Shown here: positions 59,300-64,000 of the stretch, in pieces
Layout of the letters: the number at the start of each line of letters is the position of its first letter
Numbering within the stretch: position 1 is the first letter of the stretch
Assembly (NCBI RefSeq): GCF_009914755.1
Contig: NC_060947.1
Length of the DNA stretch: 64,000 nucleotides
From: the human T2T-CHM13v2.0 reference genome, Homo sapiens
Reading direction: 5' to 3' (one strand)
Made by a program: the position numbers and the translations under genes
Notes under the pieces: model-generated
Told to the model about the DNA's origin: nothing
The model's input: the letters and a program-made list of their open reading frames with translations, nothing else
The model's database searches: none

Positions 59300-60454
59300 A
59301 AATAGATAAAAGATGATCAATGTATTTCTTACTGAATACCTTTTAGTTTTTTGTTTTGTAAAATTAAATGATATATGCATTAATTTGCTTAACTTAGAAA
59401 TATCCGAGAAATAGATCTCCATAAATTGCACAGGATCCTCACTATCTCTTTTATTCCCCAAACCTTAGTTAAGCATTTGCTCTTTAGTAATAATCAGAAT
59501 AATACTGGAATGCTAGGATGAACAAAGCCTAGGACCTCTCCTTATAATTCTAACTTATAGGAACAGAAATCTTACAATGATGGTTGTGGGATATTTTCTA
59601 ATATCTAAAGGACAAATAAAAGGAGTTAATAGGTAAGTTGGGGGGAATCCATATGAGACTGTCAAATATAGATTCCCTGAGGCAAAGAAATTTGGGGCTT
59701 TGAGAGATTAAAATTCTTTCAATGAGTATAATTTTTAATTTAATTCAGGTGTGGTGAAAGATGAGGCTGAGAGAGTGGTGATCAGGGATCAGACCTCAAG
59801 ATGGGTTGTCTCAGAGTTGAGACCCAAAAGCCTGGTGTAGAAAACTCCTCATCACAGTTACCTTGGGATCATGGTTTAACCAGAGACAAATCACCCAGGG
59901 AAGGAATGGAAACTGTTCTGCTCTTATCCTTATGTCACTGAACATAGTTCATAATTAAGTCTTGTTACATGCATTGTCTCAAGGAGTTTCTGAGAGATAC
60001 CAGTGACACTTTCTTGAGATGAAATACACAAAAGCCACTGGGTTGGTAGTCATTACCCTGGGTAAGAAGAACCAAGTACCACTCCACTTAAGGGATATTT
60101 AGAATAGGTTATCTTCAATATATTTTAATTACTTACTCTAAAGAATGTTTATATTTTTGGTGGGGGTGAAATAAATGAAAACACGGGTAGTTTGGATGGA
60201 GGCGAGGTGTTGGTCCTTGTTAACTGTTCTAGGAGTTGCATCAGCTAAAGAAGAAACTCTCGCCCTCATGATTGAAGGACATAACTTCCGAATGGAAAAA
60301 CATGGCTGAGATTTACTTTTCAAACAGCATTTGGTTGATGTGATATTTCATTTTCTATAGCACTTCTTGTTCTCCTCTGAGACATACTAGCTTGGAAAAC
60401 ATCACTAGTGGCAGGTAGGGTCAGTGATGAAAATAATCACGGTAATAACTGCCT

Positions 60455-60680
60455 TTCATTAAAGACCCAAGATATGCCAAGCATTGTACCTGATGCTTTT
60501 CATACATTGCATTCTTTCCAACAGTTTTTTATCACATGCATTAACAAACTCACCCCTAGGATGAAGAATCTAAGATTCATAAAGCTTGGGCATGTGCTTG
60601 AGTTCACAGGTCTCATATATGACAGACCTGAGATTAAACCTGTGGTCTGAATTCTTCTAGAGCCTACTCTGTTCCACTTC
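60455..60680 (-). mobile_element. MIR SINE remnant
   Basis: TGCCAAGCATTGTAC...GATGAAGAATCTAAGATTCA...TGCTTGAGTTCACA. Confidence 0.55.
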
Positions 60681-61592
60681 TCCATCCTAATGGCCAGTCT
60701 TCTTTTTTCTTGATTCAGTTGTCTTTTCACTACTCCACAGTGCATCTTGGGATAAAAAGGTCCTTCCATCTGAAGTACCAAAAGCAGGTGTAAAGAAGAA
60801 AGGTGAAAGTGATAACCAAATACAATTTGAGGATTGTCTGTGGGCTTCATTTACATGGGATCCTGATGCCCTTAGCCCCAGGATTCCTTTAAAGTTACCT
60901 TTGCCCAGGGGCTGGCATTATCCAGCTCTAGCTCTTTCCTGCATTACCACACCCTTCCCCTGGGTTTTCTCTGATGTGCACTCTTGTCCAAATGGAACCC
61001 TGACCTGCTGACTAGCTGCTCACTGTGTCCTCTGAAGGCTGCACCCTGCTCCCAGTGGAACAAACCGTCCAGAATCACCTCCCTTCCCCCGACTTAGGGT
61101 ATCCAAACTCCCAGGTAGGCCCATTCCTCACTTTAAAACCCCTCTGATAGCAATATCTTGTTCAATGCAAAAGGTCATTTTGACAGTGAAATTTAGACCT
61201 GTTCATCACCACTAAACATCTCCAACACATTGTCAAAATGATTTGCAAATGAGCTAGTGAATTATAATCTGATTTGGCAAAGCATCTACTAGTTTTGGGG
61301 CTATATCCCCAAGAAACAGGATTTTGAAAACCACCCTGATATTTGCAGTAGAATTTTAATGGGATTTCTTGTTTGACACAGTCTACTGGCCACATAAACC
61401 AGTGAGTGAGCTTACCTTAGTGCTTAAAAGCCAAAGCTTCTCCTGTAAGTAGCACATGAGAAAAGATCATCAAAGTAACTATGCAAACATCTGTAGTATA
61501 TCAAGTCCTGAAAATTCTGGAGTCCTTCTAGACAGTAGAATATAATTTCTTGGTAGACATGATACCATTGGATAATATTAATTGATTAATTT

Positions 61593-61879
61593 GACTGGGC
61601 GCTGTGGCTTATGCCTGTAATCCCAGCACTTTGGGAGGCCGAGGCGGGTGGATCACGAGCTCAGGAGTTCAAGACCAGCCTGGCCAAGATGGTGAAACCC
61701 CGTCTCTACAAAGAATACAAAAATTAGCCGGATGTGATGGCAGGCACCTGTAATCCCAGCTACTCGGGAGGCTGAGGCAGAGAATTGCTTGAATCCGGGA
61801 GGTGGAGGTTGCAGTGAGCCAAGATCGCACCACTGCACTCCAAAAAAGCGAGACTCCGTCTCAAAAAAAAAGAAAAAAA
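61593..61879 (+). mobile_element. AluS with small 3' deletion
   Basis: Alu body; TSD TTAATTGATTAATTT. Confidence 0.95.
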
Positions 61880-62008
61880 TATTTAATTGATTAATTTTTA
61901 AAAATCTAGGTTTTCACTGTACATAACTGCACCTGTGCTGATGTTCAGGCATTTTTAGTCAGGTGATAGATAGCAGAGAATCCTAGGTCAAGGTTTTGTC
62001 AGTGAACC

Positions 62009-62612
62009 TGTGGAAAACCAAAATAGGCCACCCCAATATATATTTCTTTGACATATTTGGAGATGGCTAGTCAGAGGAGCTGTATAGCTCTGAAAATAGC
62101 TCTGAAAGTCTGTCCTTTCTTAGGGAAGATTTACACCTGTAGAAAAAAATCTACATTAGTAAGGCGAACGGGATGCTTGGCAGAGGCTTTCTCTGAGGCC
62201 CCCTTATCTGCCTAAGAAGTTTGTAAAAAAGATTCACTCACAGAAAAAGGAGGCTAAAGGTCTGATAGCTTTTAAATCTCTTACAGAGAAACTTTTGCCA
62301 CAGGATACATCTATTCTTTCTTAGGACTAGTACCTAGGACACTATCTGCCTAACAAGAAAGCCTTTGCTTGCCATGCTTCTCTTCAACCTTACATAATTT
62401 CAAGGAGCTTCAAGCCCCTACCCCTTTATGGTATAAAAACTTCAGTTACCTGGCCCTTCTTTGAATTTCATATTTTGTGTAACAGCAGTGCTCTTGCACC
62501 TTAATACATTTTTATGACTTTTTCCTGTTAATCTGTTCATTGTCAGTTTATTTCAGCAGAATTAAAGACTCAAACCTTCAGAGGAGGAAGAATAAATTTC
62601 CTTCACCCTTAC
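62009..62612 (+). mobile_element. ERV1 solo LTR (MER34/MER39/MER65 group)
   Basis: TGTGGAAAACCAAAATAGGCCACCCCAATATATATTTCTTTGACATATTT...TTTTCCTGTTAATCTG...CCTTCAGAGG. Confidence 0.65.
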
Positions 62613-62770
62613 CTAAAGTAATGAGAAAATTCTCAGTATACTTTGATTATAGTGGTCACTGAAAATAACAGCGCAGAATGGTGCTTTTGAGTGAAATATG
62701 GTAAGCCCATACTGTAGATATTTACAGGGTCCTTTTGACAAATAATTGTGATGCTTGTTTGTTACATAGT

Positions 62771-63309
62771 AGGAGAATCACTTGAACCTTCTAGGCGGAG
62801 GTTGCAGTGAGCCAAGATCATGCCACTTGTTAAAGGATACTAAATATGGTCTGAAAAGGACTCCATACTTCTATATTTGAGTCCTTGTGGATGAAGTGTA
62901 ACCTAGCTTAATAGACAAAACTGAAAACCTAACTTAGTAGTATGCCCCTGTAACAAAAGCTGAGTGTTGGCTAATCCCAGCAGCCATACTTCAACCACTC
63001 ATAGACTGCAGAATGTTCAAACTGCATTCAAATAAGCCAAATGCCGAGTTGTAACCAATCTCACTGTTTCTGTACCTTACTTCTGATTCCTATACGTCAC
63101 TTTACCTTTTTGTCTATAAATTTGTTCTGACCATGAGGCATCCCTGGAGTCTCTGTGAATCTGCTGTGATTCTGCGGGCTACCCAATTCGTGAATCATTC
63201 ATTACTCAGTTAAACTCCTTTAAATTTAATTCGACTGAAGTTTTTCTTTTATCACACTGCACTCCAGCCTGGGCAACAGAGCAACACTCTGTCTCAAAAA
63301 ACAAAACAA
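62771..63309 (+). mobile_element. Alu right arm split by an LTR
   Basis: AGGAGAATCACTTGAACC...AAGATCATGCCACT, resuming as CACTGCACTCCAGCCTGGGCAACAGAG at 63255. Confidence 0.92.
62828..63254 (+). mobile_element. Solo LTR (LTR47/MER57-like) inserted into an Alu
   Basis: TGTTAAAGGATACTAAATATGG...TTTTCTTTTATCA; perfect 4-bp TSD CACT (62824-62827, 63255-63258). Confidence 0.88.
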
Positions 63310-64000
63310 TTCTAACAATACAGATAAGTCACAATTTCTACCTGTATGATATTCCCTCATAATTCAGATCCATCCTCAGAGATAATCACAATAAATAGGG
63401 TATATCATTTTAAAGCTAATGCTAGGGTTTCTTATACATAGAGGTGCTATAAAAATATATTGTAATTATTAATCATAATGGCTAGTGAGGTGCATATTAT
63501 TTTGCCATATTATTTTGCTACTTCATAACATGAATGCAGGATCTTTCTATGATAACACATTTAGATGTACTTCACCTGTGGAACTACCCAGTAGCATGTA
63601 TGTGCCATGATTAATTTAGCCATCTCCTTCCAGTGTGCACATAATTAGTTTACTCATTTATTGCTATAACTTACAGAACTGAAATATTCTGAACATAAAA
63701 TATTAAGCTAAAGCCTATTCTGATAGCAAAGTGGAAATTAGGTTAAAGTGGGTAGTGTGTGGAGATTTTAAATTTGTATAAATATTACAAAAATTTCATC
63801 CCCCAAATGTTTACCCATTCATATTCTCACAAAGCAATGCATGTAAATATTATAAATATACATATTTTATTTTATAAACCAAAATGCTTAATTTTAGTGC
63901 TTCTCAAATTAGATTCAATTAGAATGACCAGGTGATAGGGAATGGGGCCAGATGAGACACTCACACTTAGTATTGGATGAGGATCCAGGGGGAAATCAAT

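Overview
Primate, very probably human, X-chromosome DNA containing the MAGEB16 locus. It is AT-rich and dominated by transposable elements. The only protein-coding gene is the single-coding-exon MAGEB16 (+ strand, ATG 57741). Here its frame is cut by an in-frame TGA at codon 272, while the usual 324-codon frame continues intact to 58715. A further MAGE-B-like tail lies in frame beyond that stop. Upstream is a CpG/GC-box/Ets promoter embedded in a highly degenerate array of ~220-bp promoter/exon-1-like units, split into two blocks (~48190-49490 and ~53820-57350), plus a fossil MAGE 'exon 2' that has lost its GT donor. There are two processed pseudogenes: a full-length NFYC retrocopy inside an old L1 (16780-18797), and a heavily decayed CDC42BPB (MRCK-beta) retrocopy at the left edge (1-428) that the ORF track misses. 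Other content: a ~12-kb nested L1MA-type element, an ERVL gag/pro/pol fragment, a two-LTR MER4-group provirus with a tRNA-Arg-like PBS and an ERVL-like gag relic, many solo LTRs, ~16 Alus, DNA-transposon relics and several templated-insertion or duplication scars. No rRNA, tRNA or CRISPR features. Repeat subfamily names and paralog comparisons are from memory and need RepeatMasker/BLAST confirmation.
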